The notes: a model not told the origin generated them from the sequence alone. Numbered from the stretch's first letter, positions 28,641-39,162 are shown. The stretch is 64,000 nucleotides of DNA from Comamonadaceae bacterium (GCA_947371915.1 CANBRM010000002.1:24132-88131), one strand, 5' to 3'. Numbers and translations are program-made.

Positions 28641-29417
28641 TCAGTTGGGACGAATCAAACGCATGCCCATCACGGGCTTGCGGCTGTCATCGGGGCTGCG
28701 CACCGCCTCGCGTAAATTGCGCTGCGCCAAACGTGAGTGCTCGCGCATGATGGCTTCGGCGCGGGCACCTTCGCGCCGCTCTACCGCGTCGATTACTTGG
28801 CGGTGCTGGTCTTGCGCCACCACCAGCATGTCACGTGCTTGGGACGAATTCGCTTGCGCCACCACAAAGCCCGAAGGCGAGGCGAAGGGCAAACTGCCCA
28901 CCCGCTCTAACTCACGTTGCAACACGGGTGAGCCACAAAGTTGGCCCAGCAAGCCATGAAATTGCGCATTCAACCGCACGTAGCTTGAAAATGCCTCGTC
29001 ATTGAGTGTGAGCGCTTGCAGCAACTGGTCGATGCCGTCCAAACACTGCTTGGCCTGCACCAGCACTGCGCCGACCACACCGCGCTCTGCGGCCACGCGA
29101 GCGGCCAAACCTTCGAGCGTGCCACGCAACTCAATGGCATCGGCCACATCGGTTTCAGAAAACGTGCGCACCGCAAAACCACCGCTGGGCCAAGGCTGCA
29201 ACAAGCCCTCTTGCTCTAAGCGAATCAACGCCGCACGAATGGGGGTGCGCGATACGCCCAAACGCTCCACCACGGCCAACTCGGTGAGGCGCGCTCCCGC
29301 TTGCAACTCGCCAGAAAAAATCATTTCTCGCAGTTTGAGTTGTACTTTGACAGCTTGTGAACTTCCCTCGTCTTGGGCCTCGGCCTTGGTCGCAGAAAGT
29401 GGAATAGACGTGCTCAT
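28641..29417 (-). CDS. GntR/FCD transcriptional regulator (VanR-like)
   Basis: HTH LGVSRTPIRAAL..L.QEGL; FCD domain with LPFASPS and MREHSR; heads the vanA operon. Confidence 0.88.
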   Translation of the reverse strand: MSTSIPLSATKAEAQDEGSSQAVKVQLKLREMIFSGELQAGARLTELAVVERLGVSRTPIRAALIRLEQEGLLQPWPSGGFAVRTFSETDVADAIELRGTLEGLAARVAAERGVVGAVLVQAKQCLDGIDQLLQALTLNDEAFSSYVRLNAQFHGLLGQLCGSPVLQRELERVGSLPFASPSGFVVAQANSSQARDMLVVAQDQHRQVIDAVERREGARAEAIMREHSRLAQRNLREAVRSPDDSRKPVMGMRLIRPN

Positions 29418-29426
29418 AGAACAAAA

Positions 29427-29500
29427 TTGTATACATCGCGCCTTGATCTAACGCAATAAATGGATATTTCTAGGGTTTACACCGAATTTCTGTATCCAAT
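29427..29500. promoter_or_regulatory. Candidate GntR/VanR operator sites
   Basis: Palindrome TGTATACA (29428-29435) next to the regulator start and TGTATCCAAT (29491-29500); both resemble FadR/VanR-type boxes. Confidence 0.45.
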
Positions 29501-29609
29501 CTTCAATTCCACGTGCGATCAGCACTCTTACTTTTTGAGGCGTGTTTATCAAAGTCAATGCCTTGACATCCGTTAAATTGACACTGGCCTATCAATTAAC
29601 AAAAACACC

Positions 29610-31022
29610 ATGACGCCTTACGACATCCAAACCGTTTATCTTGTAATAGGGTTTCTGTATGTCATGCTGCCTGCCACCGCTTGGATGGTGCTGTCTAACC
29701 AGCGCTCCATGCCTGCAGCCTTGTGGTGCGGAGGCGGGTTGATCTTCAGTGTGTCGTGCTTCTTTTTTGCGTTACGTGGTACCGCCCCCGATTGGTTGAC
29801 CTACTCCGCCGCCAACTATTTGTTGTGGCTGGCCAATATCTTGCCCGTGATCGCACTGCGGGAACAACTGCAACGCCCACGCCGCTTGGGGGTGGCGCTG
29901 GCGGCGTATCTGCTGATGGCGCTGGGTTTTGAATATTGGCATCAAGTCGCCAACAGCAGCGTGATGCGATTTGAATGGTCCATGTTGATTTTGATCGTTC
30001 TGTTTGCCACCATTCACAGACTCTCGCGGGTGATGGCGCGCGCGCAGCACATTCGCAGCGCGAGTTGGTTGTCGGCGGTGTACTTCATCGCAGCATGCAT
30101 CATCGGGTTGCGTTGCTTGCGGGTCGCGTTTGGCTACGCGCCGGCGGGGGCCACCGTGTCTGGCTTCGACAGCATGCTGACTGTTTTCGTCGGTTTGCTG
30201 ACCGCGGTGCTGGGAAACTTTGCCTTCGTTGGCACTTATTTAGAGCGTGCATCTAAGCAAAGCATGCAAGCAGCGGTGGAGCGTGCCAAGCAAGAAGAAG
30301 CGCTGCGCTTGGGCGCGCAAATCGCCCACCTCGACCGTCAGCGCGCCTTGGGCACCATGTCCGCCGCTTTTGCACATGAACTCAGTCAGCCGCTGACCGC
30401 CATCCTGCTGGACACACAAAACGCCAAGATGGCGCTGATGACCGAGTCCAACCACGCCGCCGAATTAACTCAGACGCTGGAAGACATTCAAAACAGCTCA
30501 CAGCGCGCCGTGGCGCTGCTGGAGCGCATTCGTAACTTCATCAAACCCACACAAACACATCACAAACGCCTAGACCTGCAACCCTTGGCGCGCGAGGTGG
30601 TGCATTTGATGCAAAGTCACGGCAAAGCCGCAGAGGTGCAGTTTCAACTCGAGTTGGGTGACACACCCGCTTGGGTCTGGGGCGACCGCATTGAGCTCTC
30701 GCAAATCATGGTGAACGTGGTGCGCAACGCCATTGAGGCCATGCAAAACAGCCTCATGCGTTTTGTCACCCTCCGTTTGACATTGACCGACCAACACTGC
30801 CTTTTGCAATTTACCGACACAGGCCCGGGCATCACGCATGGGCTGGCAGCCCCCGTGGGCACACCTTTTGTGACCACCAAACCCGAAGGCTTGGGCGTTG
30901 GATTTTCGATCTCGCGCGCCATCGCCGAAAAACACGGCGGCAGCCTCACCATCGCCAATGTGCCTAGCGGCGGGGCGTGTGTGACGCTGGATTTACCAAG
31001 AATCAATGAAAGTGCCTGCTGA
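29610..31022 (+). CDS. Membrane sensor histidine kinase (NtrB/FixL-like transmitter)
   Basis: About 7 TM segments; FAHELSQPLT H-box, NVVRNAIEA, DTGPGI, GLGVGFSIS. Confidence 0.9.
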   Translation: MTPYDIQTVYLVIGFLYVMLPATAWMVLSNQRSMPAALWCGGGLIFSVSCFFFALRGTAPDWLTYSAANYLLWLANILPVIALREQLQRPRRLGVALAAYLLMALGFEYWHQVANSSVMRFEWSMLILIVLFATIHRLSRVMARAQHIRSASWLSAVYFIAACIIGLRCLRVAFGYAPAGATVSGFDSMLTVFVGLLTAVLGNFAFVGTYLERASKQSMQAAVERAKQEEALRLGAQIAHLDRQRALGTMSAAFAHELSQPLTAILLDTQNAKMALMTESNHAAELTQTLEDIQNSSQRAVALLERIRNFIKPTQTHHKRLDLQPLAREVVHLMQSHGKAAEVQFQLELGDTPAWVWGDRIELSQIMVNVVRNAIEAMQNSLMRFVTLRLTLTDQHCLLQFTDTGPGITHGLAAPVGTPFVTTKPEGLGVGFSISRAIAEKHGGSLTIANVPSGGACVTLDLPRINESAC

Positions 31023-31384
31023 TGAGCCATGAAGCCCTGAACGTCCTCGGAACGCCCCTAGTCCCCTGCTCCTACGACCCGCTGACGGGCTATTACAGAG
31101 ATGGTTGCTGCAACACGGACGACCACGACCAAGGCAGCCATGTGGTGTGTGCCAAGGTGACGCAAGCCTTTCTGGCGTTTTCGCTAGAGCGCGGCAACGA
31201 CCTCATCACCCCACGCCCTGACTACCGATTTGCTGGCTTGAAAGCGGGCGAACGTTGGTGTTTGTGCGCACTGCGATGGAAAGAGGCCTTTGATGCGGGC
31301 GTTGCACCACCGGTCGAACTGGCTTGCACGCACGCGAAAGCACTTGAATTCGTCACGTTGGAACAACTTCAATCTTGCGCATGA
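31022..31384 (+). CDS. DUF2237-family protein
   Basis: NVLGTPLVPCS.DPLTGYYRDGCC, GNDLITP, GERWCLCA.RW.EA. Confidence 0.88.
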   Translation: MSHEALNVLGTPLVPCSYDPLTGYYRDGCCNTDDHDQGSHVVCAKVTQAFLAFSLERGNDLITPRPDYRFAGLKAGERWCLCALRWKEAFDAGVAPPVELACTHAKALEFVTLEQLQSCA

Positions 31385-31896
31385 AGAAACGGGTGTCGCT
31401 GACCGTGTTGGGTTTGGTTTGGGTGGGGGTCGTCATCTCACACGTGTCATGGGAACAAAAAGACAACGGTTATTTGCTGGTGATAGACGGTCGCGAGCTG
31501 GACGTGTTGGGCCATCTTCGCAACAGCTGGAACCATGCGTTGCGAAGCTGCCAGCGGGTGAGTTTGCTCACCGCCCATGACCCGCGCTATTTGCAAGCAA
31601 AAGCGACCATTCAGGCCTACAGCCCACCCCAATCCAACGCCGCCCAACTGGCAGGCGTTTGGGCCGCAGGAGACTGGACCTTGGCTGAAGTCGAATTTGC
31701 GCAACTGTTGCCCGCCGTGGTGCTGATGCACACAGTGAACGGCACCACCGCCATCGTGCCTGGCGCGGTATGGAGCGGCTACACGCAGCCTTGGAAAGCG
31801 GCACCACACATTCGCCGCTACCTGTCCCAACAAGGGGACTCAGCACCGAGCGAGTTGTTCGATTGCTTTGAGCCCCAATCTGCGTCTTTCAGATAG
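31381..31896 (+). CDS. Hypothetical membrane-anchored/exported protein
   Basis: N-terminal hydrophobic anchor; 4-bp overlap with the DUF2237 gene. Confidence 0.65.
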   Translation: MKKRVSLTVLGLVWVGVVISHVSWEQKDNGYLLVIDGRELDVLGHLRNSWNHALRSCQRVSLLTAHDPRYLQAKATIQAYSPPQSNAAQLAGVWAAGDWTLAEVEFAQLLPAVVLMHTVNGTTAIVPGAVWSGYTQPWKAAPHIRRYLSQQGDSAPSELFDCFEPQSASFR

Positions 31897-31926
31897 CAGC
31901 ATCACCAGCAAGCCGCTCTGGGAAGG

Positions 31927-34197
31927 TTAAACCACCAAAGGCAAAGCCCGCTTGCGCTGCCCCGTCAAGACAAACATGGCCTGACTCACAGCGGCGGCCA
32001 AAGGTGGCACCGCAGGTTCGCCCACACCTGCGGGGGGCCTTGTACTGGGAACAATCCAAGCTTCGACCTTGGGTGCCTGATTCATTTGAACCATGCGGTA
32101 AGTGTTGAAGTTGGTTTGCTGAACCACGCCCTCTTGAATGTCGATCTTGCCAAACAGCGCAGCAGACAAAGCAAACACCACCGAGCTTTCGAGCTGCTGT
32201 GCCACGATGTTGGGGTTGACCACCGTGCCGCAATCGATGGCGCAGACCACACGGTGCACGCGGGGCTGACCGTCTTGCATCGACACCTCAGCCACCTGCG
32301 CCACGATAGACCCAAACGATTCATGCAGTGCGATGCCGTGCGCATGCCCTTTGGGCAGGGCCACACCCCAGTTGGCTTTTTGCGCAGCCAACTTCAGCAC
32401 GGCCAAATGTCTGGGCGCATGGACCAGCAGGGCTTCACGGAAAGCCAAGGGATCGGTCTTGGTTTCATGGGCCAACTCATCGATGAAACTCTCAGAAAAG
32501 AAAGCGTTGTGCGAGTGGCCCACCGAGCGCCAAAAACCGACGGGCACGCCCATGTGCGTGGCCACATGCGACATGCGTTGATTGGCAAACGCATAAGGCA
32601 AATCAAACAGCCCCTCGGACGCCGTTTTGTCCGGCATGTCGATCGGGCCAGAAAGCGCTGGCAAGGTACGCGCCATCCAACGGGGCGTGATAGCGTCACC
32701 CGCGGACTTGATGCGAAGGCTCTGGACCTGATTTTTCGCATCGATGCTGGCGGTCAACTGCGCCACATGCATAGGCCGGTAAAAGTCGTGCGACATGTCT
32801 TCTTCGCGCGACCAAATGACTTGCACTGGCTTACCTTCACAAGCCATCGCCACTTTGACCGCTTGCATCACCACATCCACTTCCAAGCGACGGCCAAAGC
32901 CCCCTCCCAGGAAGGTGACGTGAACTTTGACTTTGTCAGCACCAATGCCAGCCGCCTTGGCTGCGGCCGCTCTGACTTGCCCGGGGACCTGGGTTGGCAC
33001 CCAAATCTCAAGCAGCCCGTCTTTGAATTGCGCCGTGCAATTCATGGGCTCCATCGTGGCGTGCGCCAAATAGGGTGCGCTGTAAGTAGCCTCGATCAAC
33101 CGCGTGGCGCTAGCCTCGACCTTCGCCACATCGCCCACCTCGTAAAAGGTAAAGCCTGATTGTTGGTCGAGCTGGACTTGCAGCTCGGAGGCAATGCGTT
33201 TCGTGTCGACCGCCCCATCTTTGGGTTGCGTCCACTTGGCTTTCACGGCCAAGGCGGCTTGCTGTGCGTGCCATGTTGTCTTGCCCACGATGGCAAAGCC
33301 TGCGGCTGAACCTGCCATGTCTTTGTCCAGCGCCACAAACTTCAGCACACCTTTCATGGCCAGGGCTTCTTTGGCATCGACCTCGCCCAACGCACCGCCC
33401 ATCAAGGGAGACTGAACCACCGCCGCATACAACAGACCCGGCTGCCTCACGTCAGTCCCAAATACGGCAGTGCCATTGATTTTTGGAGGGATATCTACAC
33501 GCTGTGCGGGCTGCCCCATCAGCGTCCAACGCTTGGGGTCTTTGGGCGTCACCCCCTGAGGGGTTTGCGCCGACGCTGCTTTGGCAAACTCACCGTAATG
33601 GCCCTTCTTGCCCGATATGTGGCTGATCAAGCCGGCATTCACTTGCAACTCATTCACAGGCACTTGCCACTGCGCAGCGGCAGCCAAGAGCAAACTCGCA
33701 CGCGCTGTGGCAGCCGCCTCTCGCACCGGTTGCCAAGCGTCAGCCACGGTTGACGAACCACCCGTGGCGTTGATCCCCAACTCGCGCGCGAGTTTGCCAA
33801 CCAGCCACTCCCCCGTGCGAACCATCGCGGGTGGATGGCCACCTTCTGACAACGCAGGATGGAATGGCAAGCTGCCCACAAACATGGCGACGTTGCCGTA
33901 AATGGCATCGTGGCCAGCTTGCTCTAGGCGAATATGAGACAGCGGGACGTCTAACTCTTCGGCGGCCATCATGGACAAAGCCGTGTGCACCCCTTGCCCC
34001 ATTTCGCTGCGGTGCATGGCCAGGCTGATCTTGCCGTCTTGCATGACCTTGATCCAACCGTTCAAGGCCACATCGCCTTCGGTCGGCCACATGTTTTCGG
34101 GAGATCCCAGTCGTGAGCGTGCAGGCATCACACCCCATCCCACCACCAATGCGCCCGTGGCGGCCAAAGAGCCAAGAATTAAGCGTCGGCGGTTCAT
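31927..34197 (-). CDS. Xanthine dehydrogenase-family molybdopterin subunit (IorB-like)
   Basis: Tat-like [44 protein letters not shown]. Confidence 0.9.
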   Translation of the reverse strand: MNRRRLILGSLAATGALVVGWGVMPARSRLGSPENMWPTEGDVALNGWIKVMQDGKISLAMHRSEMGQGVHTALSMMAAEELDVPLSHIRLEQAGHDAIYGNVAMFVGSLPFHPALSEGGHPPAMVRTGEWLVGKLARELGINATGGSSTVADAWQPVREAAATARASLLLAAAAQWQVPVNELQVNAGLISHISGKKGHYGEFAKAASAQTPQGVTPKDPKRWTLMGQPAQRVDIPPKINGTAVFGTDVRQPGLLYAAVVQSPLMGGALGEVDAKEALAMKGVLKFVALDKDMAGSAAGFAIVGKTTWHAQQAALAVKAKWTQPKDGAVDTKRIASELQVQLDQQSGFTFYEVGDVAKVEASATRLIEATYSAPYLAHATMEPMNCTAQFKDGLLEIWVPTQVPGQVRAAAAKAAGIGADKVKVHVTFLGGGFGRRLEVDVVMQAVKVAMACEGKPVQVIWSREEDMSHDFYRPMHVAQLTASIDAKNQVQSLRIKSAGDAITPRWMARTLPALSGPIDMPDKTASEGLFDLPYAFANQRMSHVATHMGVPVGFWRSVGHSHNAFFSESFIDELAHETKTDPLAFREALLVHAPRHLAVLKLAAQKANWGVALPKGHAHGIALHESFGSIVAQVAEVSMQDGQPRVHRVVCAIDCGTVVNPNIVAQQLESSVVFALSAALFGKIDIQEGVVQQTNFNTYRMVQMNQAPKVEAWIVPSTRPPAGVGEPAVPPLAAAVSQAMFVLTGQRKRALPLVV

Positions 34198-34646
34198 GCG
34201 GAGGCTCCTGCAGCGCGGTGAATGGCGGCTTTGGCACGTTGGTAAGTGCCACAACGGCAGATGTTGGAAATGGCCTCGTCAATCTCTTCGTCGGTAGGTT
34301 TGGGCTTGCGTGCCAACAAATCAGCAGCAGCCATCAACATGCCGCTTTGGCAATACCCGCATTGCGGAACTTGCTCAGACACCCAAGCCAGTTGCAACGC
34401 ATGTGGCTTTTCAGCGCTCCCCAACGATTCAATCGTTTTGATTTGGGCATTCGCCACACTGCCCACGGGCGTGACGCATGAGCGTGTGGCCTGACCGTTG
34501 ACATGCACCGTGCAAGCGCCACAGGCCGCAATGCCGCAGCCGAACTTGGTGCCGGTCAAGTTCAGTTCATCGCGAAGCACCCACAGCAAGGGCATTTGCG
34601 GATCAACATCGACCTCGACGGTCTTGGCGTTTAGATTTAACAGCAT
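34194..34646 (-). CDS. 2Fe-2S subunit (IorA-like)
   Basis: [33 protein letters not shown]. Confidence 0.93.
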   Translation of the reverse strand: MLLNLNAKTVEVDVDPQMPLLWVLRDELNLTGTKFGCGIAACGACTVHVNGQATRSCVTPVGSVANAQIKTIESLGSAEKPHALQLAWVSEQVPQCGYCQSGMLMAAADLLARKPKPTDEEIDEAISNICRCGTYQRAKAAIHRAAGASA

Positions 34647-34914
34647 GCGGTATTCCCCAAACCTTTAAAAAATTCTCAGCCTTTGGTGCTGAATTCGAAG
34701 CGCTCTGCGACAGAAACCTAGGTTAGCCAGGCAGAGCAGCTTAATTCCTGTGTTTTGGAATGTAGCGTCAAAACGGTGGCGAGCCATCCACGCGTCATCG
34801 CGCTGTGCCCTTGCACAACCAAGCTGCAAGTGGCTTTGCTGAGCTGCGTGTCACCTGCAAAGAGGGTGCGACGAAGACGATAAGATGAGATGAGGTTCAC
34901 GAAAAATCGTCAAA

Positions 34915-35859
34915 ATGACTCCCCCACTTTCTGTCGACCAATGGCAATTGTTTCTTCAAATTGCGGAATGCGGCAGTTTGACAGACACCGCGGCCGCACG
35001 CGATGTCGCCCAATCGGCGATCAGCCGCCAGTTGGGGGCGATCGAACGGGCCTGTGATGGCAAGCTCTTCGAGCGAACAGCTCGCGGCGTACGCCTGAAC
35101 GAAGTGGGTCAACGCCTTTATCCTCGCGTCAAGGCTTGGGTACAGGCAGGACAACGCCTGACGGAGGATGCAACCGTCATGCATCAGGAACCGGCAGGAC
35201 TTGTTCGCACTGGCATCATCGACTCTCTGGCCGACGCTTTGTGTGGCCCTATCTATGAGGAGCTAGAGCGCACCTTTCCGAAGGTCAGGTTGCAGTTGGT
35301 CACGGGCATGAGCGGGCGTGTGTCTGCATGCCTTGAACGTGGCGAGCTAGACATCGCTCTTTTTTCCGAGAACACACGGGGCCGCAGTGGCAAGGGGGAC
35401 GGCATCGCGACAATGCCGCATGTTCTCATCGGTGCACCCGGTGACCGACTCACGTCGCAAGCGTCGATCCCATTCGACCTGTTGCACGACATTCCCTTGG
35501 TGGTGCCTGGACGACCCTATGCTTTTCACAATGTCTTAGAGCATTGGGCCAGCCGTCGGGGCATTCATCTGAACATCAAGCTCGAATGCGACAGCCTCCA
35601 CCTCCAGAAAAAACTCGTTGGCGCAGGCGGCATTTACGCCATCGTCGGCATGAGTGCCGTCAGCGCTGAAGTGGCACAGCATACGCTGCAGGCTACCCGC
35701 ATCGTTCAACCGAGCTTGGACCGCAACATCGTGCTGCGGCTTTCGCCACACGCGGCACCAACAGAGGCCTGCCAGGTCGTTCACGCCGTCATACGCCGGC
35801 ATGTCGAGCAAGCCTTTCCCTCACTGGCCCAAGGTTTGCCCTTGAGCGCTCGGCCTTGA
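34915..35859 (+). CDS. LysR-family regulator
   Basis: GSLTDTA....AQSAISRQL..IE....LFERTARGVRLNEVG plus substrate-binding domain. Confidence 0.92.
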   Translation: MTPPLSVDQWQLFLQIAECGSLTDTAAARDVAQSAISRQLGAIERACDGKLFERTARGVRLNEVGQRLYPRVKAWVQAGQRLTEDATVMHQEPAGLVRTGIIDSLADALCGPIYEELERTFPKVRLQLVTGMSGRVSACLERGELDIALFSENTRGRSGKGDGIATMPHVLIGAPGDRLTSQASIPFDLLHDIPLVVPGRPYAFHNVLEHWASRRGIHLNIKLECDSLHLQKKLVGAGGIYAIVGMSAVSAEVAQHTLQATRIVQPSLDRNIVLRLSPHAAPTEACQVVHAVIRRHVEQAFPSLAQGLPLSARP

Positions 35860-36028
35860 CGCAAATCTGACGGATCGGCAGTGGAAAGGCATATCTCCAA
35901 AAGCATGGATCTCCTGCTTGTGGAGGCCCTAGCTCAGTGAAAAACCCAACCTAAGATGGCCGAAGTGCCAAACAAAGTGCAAAAAAATGTGCTTCGTTTT
36001 TCGGCACATCAATCACGGAGACACCCCC

Positions 36029-37057
36029 ATGAAATTCGTCACTGGCCCATCGCTGTGTGTGAGCGAGGGCTTCACCGAAGTCGCTTTCAAGCGTCGCACG
36101 CTCCTTGGTGCAGCGTCTTTAGGCATGACTGCCGCATTTTTGCCCGCTGCCGTTCGCGCGGAGTCTGCCTATCCAAGCAAAGCCGTCACGCTGATTGTTC
36201 CGAACCCACCCGGTGGCAACACAGACATCTTGGCCCGTATTTTTTCAGTGCCATTGGCCAAGGCCCTCGGGCAGCCTGTGGTCGTTGAAAACCGCGCGGG
36301 TGCAGGAGGCGTGATCGGGATGACAGCCGCTGCCCGCGCCCCCGCTGATGGCCATACGCTCGGGCTAGGTAATTTGAGCGACCTGGTTGTCAGCCGATAC
36401 GCGCAGCCCAACGTTCCCTACGACCCCGCCAAAGACTTTGTTTCAGTGGCAACCTTGGCCAAAGTCTCCATCGTCGTGACCTGCCTGCCTTCTTTTCCTG
36501 CGAAATCGTTCCAAGAATTTTTGGCGATGGCCAAGGCGAACCCTGGTAAATACAAGTGCGGCACGGCGGGCAACGGCACCATGGGTCACCTGTGCCTCGA
36601 AGCGTTACAGGCGGCAGCGGGTCTGGACATCGTCCACGTCCCTTACCGCGGGGGTGCACCCGCCCTCAATGACTTGCTCGGTGGGCATATCGACGTGTTG
36701 ATTGACGGCAGCGCCCTGTCACAGGTCAAGGCGGGCAAGCTCAAAGCGCTGGCCGTGACCGCTGAACGCATTCCGGTGCTGCCGAATGTGCCGACCATAG
36801 CGGAATCGGGCGTGCCTGGCTTCTCGTTTGGCAACTACTGGGGCTTGCTGATGCCGGCCGGCTCCCCTGCCGCTGCCGTCAATCGGGTCAACGCAGAAAT
36901 CAAACGGCTGTTGGACCAACCTGAAATTCGCCAGCAGCTCGAAAACGCTGGATTCGCGCCACTTGCATCGACGCCAGTGGAGTATGGCCAAGCCCTGCAA
37001 AAGTCCTACGACCAAATGGGTCAACTCGTCAAGAAGGCCAAGATCACCTTCGACTGA
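36029..37057 (+). CDS. Bug/TctC tripartite tricarboxylate transporter substrate-binding protein
   Basis: Tat-like KRRTLL, YPSKAVTLIVP.PPGGNTD, VENRAGAGG, HVPYRGGAPA, PNVPTIAE. Confidence 0.93.
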   Translation: MKFVTGPSLCVSEGFTEVAFKRRTLLGAASLGMTAAFLPAAVRAESAYPSKAVTLIVPNPPGGNTDILARIFSVPLAKALGQPVVVENRAGAGGVIGMTAAARAPADGHTLGLGNLSDLVVSRYAQPNVPYDPAKDFVSVATLAKVSIVVTCLPSFPAKSFQEFLAMAKANPGKYKCGTAGNGTMGHLCLEALQAAAGLDIVHVPYRGGAPALNDLLGGHIDVLIDGSALSQVKAGKLKALAVTAERIPVLPNVPTIAESGVPGFSFGNYWGLLMPAGSPAAAVNRVNAEIKRLLDQPEIRQQLENAGFAPLASTPVEYGQALQKSYDQMGQLVKKAKITFD

Positions 37058-37095
37058 TCTAGGACACCCAATGGTGCCCATTTAATTCAACACCC

Positions 37096-38709
37096 ATGGC
37101 AAGCAAACCCAACGTACTCCTGATCCTGGCCGATGACATGGGGTTCTCCGACATCGGTTGCTACGGCAGTGAGATTGACACCCCGCACATCGACCGGCTG
37201 GCGGCTGCTGGTGTGCGCTTCTCCCAGTTCTACAACACCGCCCGTTGCAGCCCCTCCAGGGCTTCGATGCTGACGGGCCTGCACCCGCACCAGACGGGCA
37301 TCGGCATCCTCACGAAGGACGATCGACCGCATGGCTACCCGGGCTCTCTCAATGACCGCTGCATCACCGTTGCCGAAATTTTGTCAACAGCCGGTTATGC
37401 GACGTCGCTGGTTGGGAAGTGGCATTTGGCCTCGAACATTCGGCAGCCCAACGACGCATGGCCCACGCGACGCGGTTTCGATCACTTTTATGGAACGCTC
37501 GCAGGTTCGTGCTCGTACTTCCAGCCCGCATCGCTCACCCGCGGGGAGCGCAATGTAGAAGCCGAAGCCACCGAAAAGCCTGACTACTACTACACGGACG
37601 CGATCTCGAAGGAAGCCTGCACCTTTGTGCGTGAACAGTCACACGCCCAAAAGCCGTTCTTCATGTACGTCGCCTACACCGCGCCGCATTGGCCGCTTCA
37701 AGCGAGCGACGAAGACATCGCCAAATACCGTGGTCGTTACGACGAAGGCTGGGATGTGCTGCGTGAACGACGGATGCAGCGATTGCGTGAATCAGGCCTG
37801 CTGGCAGACGCCGTGCAGGATTGCGAGCGCGATCCCGAGGAACCCGCCTGGGAACAAGCGGAACACAAAGCTTGGGAAGCGCGCCGTATGGAGGTCTATG
37901 CAGCCCAGGTGCACCGTATGGATCAGGGCATAGGCGAACTGCTGGCCACGCTTGAACAAACAGGCCAACTTGAAAACACGCTGATCTTTTTCTTGTCTGA
38001 CAACGGGGCATGTGCCGAAGTCCTTCCGCTGGACGGTAGCGCTGAAGCGTTCAAGAAGCGCAGGCCAGACCTCGATCGCCTGAAACCACGCAATGGGGGC
38101 GATTTGCAGGTCGGCAACGAACCTTCCATCGTTCCGGGACCGGAAGACACCTATGCCAGCTACGGCCGCGCGTGGGCCAATCTGTCCAATACGCCGTTTC
38201 GGCTCTACAAGCGCTGGACACATGAGGGCGGCATCTCCACACCCTTGATCGTGCATTGGCCTGCAGGCGGAATGAATAACGGCGCCATCGTTCGAGCACC
38301 GTTTCAGTTGACCGACATATTGCCAACGATCTTGGAGGCCACGCAGGTTTCGTTGTCTGAGGACGGCAACAACCGAGATATTCCCAAAGGCGAAGGCTGC
38401 AGTTTCTTACCTGTTCTGCGTGGCGACAAGCCGACCAACCACACTTTGTATTGGGAGCACACCGGCAACGCTGCTATCCGGCGCGGTCGCTGGAAGCTGG
38501 TGCGCGAATACCCCAAACCTTGGGAGCTTTATGACATGGACACCGATCGGTCTGAGAAGACAGACTTAGCCCTGTCGAACCGGGAGGTCGTTCGTGAACT
38601 GGTCGCGCAGTGGGAGGCGTGGGCCGACCGTGTCGGGGTGGTGCCATGGGATGACGTGCTGGCAGGTTACCGCGCCGAAGGAAAGAGTGAGGCTGACGCT
38701 GCAGGTTGA
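37096..38709 (+). CDS. Arylsulfatase (Cys-type, formylglycine-dependent)
   Basis: PNVLLILADDMG, CSPSRASMLTG (CxPxR), GKWHL, YTAPHWP, SDNG; no signal peptide. Confidence 0.93.
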   Translation: MASKPNVLLILADDMGFSDIGCYGSEIDTPHIDRLAAAGVRFSQFYNTARCSPSRASMLTGLHPHQTGIGILTKDDRPHGYPGSLNDRCITVAEILSTAGYATSLVGKWHLASNIRQPNDAWPTRRGFDHFYGTLAGSCSYFQPASLTRGERNVEAEATEKPDYYYTDAISKEACTFVREQSHAQKPFFMYVAYTAPHWPLQASDEDIAKYRGRYDEGWDVLRERRMQRLRESGLLADAVQDCERDPEEPAWEQAEHKAWEARRMEVYAAQVHRMDQGIGELLATLEQTGQLENTLIFFLSDNGACAEVLPLDGSAEAFKKRRPDLDRLKPRNGGDLQVGNEPSIVPGPEDTYASYGRAWANLSNTPFRLYKRWTHEGGISTPLIVHWPAGGMNNGAIVRAPFQLTDILPTILEATQVSLSEDGNNRDIPKGEGCSFLPVLRGDKPTNHTLYWEHTGNAAIRRGRWKLVREYPKPWELYDMDTDRSEKTDLALSNREVVRELVAQWEAWADRVGVVPWDDVLAGYRAEGKSEADAAG

Positions 38710-39158
38710 TGTCGCACGGAAAGCGAGACTGGGCGCTCCCAGTGAAGCTCAGACGCCGTTTCTTTATGGCGACGCAACAGCTGCTGGGCATAAGTTTTTT
38801 GCCAAAGCGCAGCTAAGCCTTTGAGCCACTGAAACGTTGCCTGCGGCATGTCCGTCCCCGTCGCCACCGCAACGATCACACCCTCGCCCAGCCAAGTTAA
38901 AAGGTCAAACATCACAATGGCCCCGCAAACGTCAGGGCGCATATCGTCTGGCAAAGGGGTGTCTTGTTGACGCCAAGCACAGGCAAAGTCACGACAAGGG
39001 TGGATAGGCCTAGAGGCGTAAATATCGCATCCTGCGCTCGAGCAGTGTTGGCAAGCTAAGCCCAATTTCGCGTTGGCCACTGGCCCTTGAACATCTAACC
39101 AACCTTAGCAGCAGGCGGTACAGGGCAAGCATGATCGTGTGTTGAGGGTCTTTGTCAT
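38667..39158 (-). pseudogene. Cys-rich (CxxCxxCC) protein with an in-frame nonsense codon
   Basis: From ATG 39158: MTKTLNTRSCLPCTACC*GWLDVQGPVANAKLG..C.HC...GCDIYASRP..PCRDFACAW. TAA at 39105-39107; the tail runs into the sulfatase gene. Confidence 0.7.
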
Positions 39159-39162
39159 TGAA

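Noticed and set aside
34681-34705. TTTGGTGCTGAATTCGAAG as a degenerate att copy of the tRNA-Ser 3' end
   Set aside because: Similarity limited to TGG and TTCGAA; too weak to support.
34718-34900. 60-aa minus-strand ORF upstream of LysR
   Set aside because: No recognisable motif; likely intergenic or a relic.
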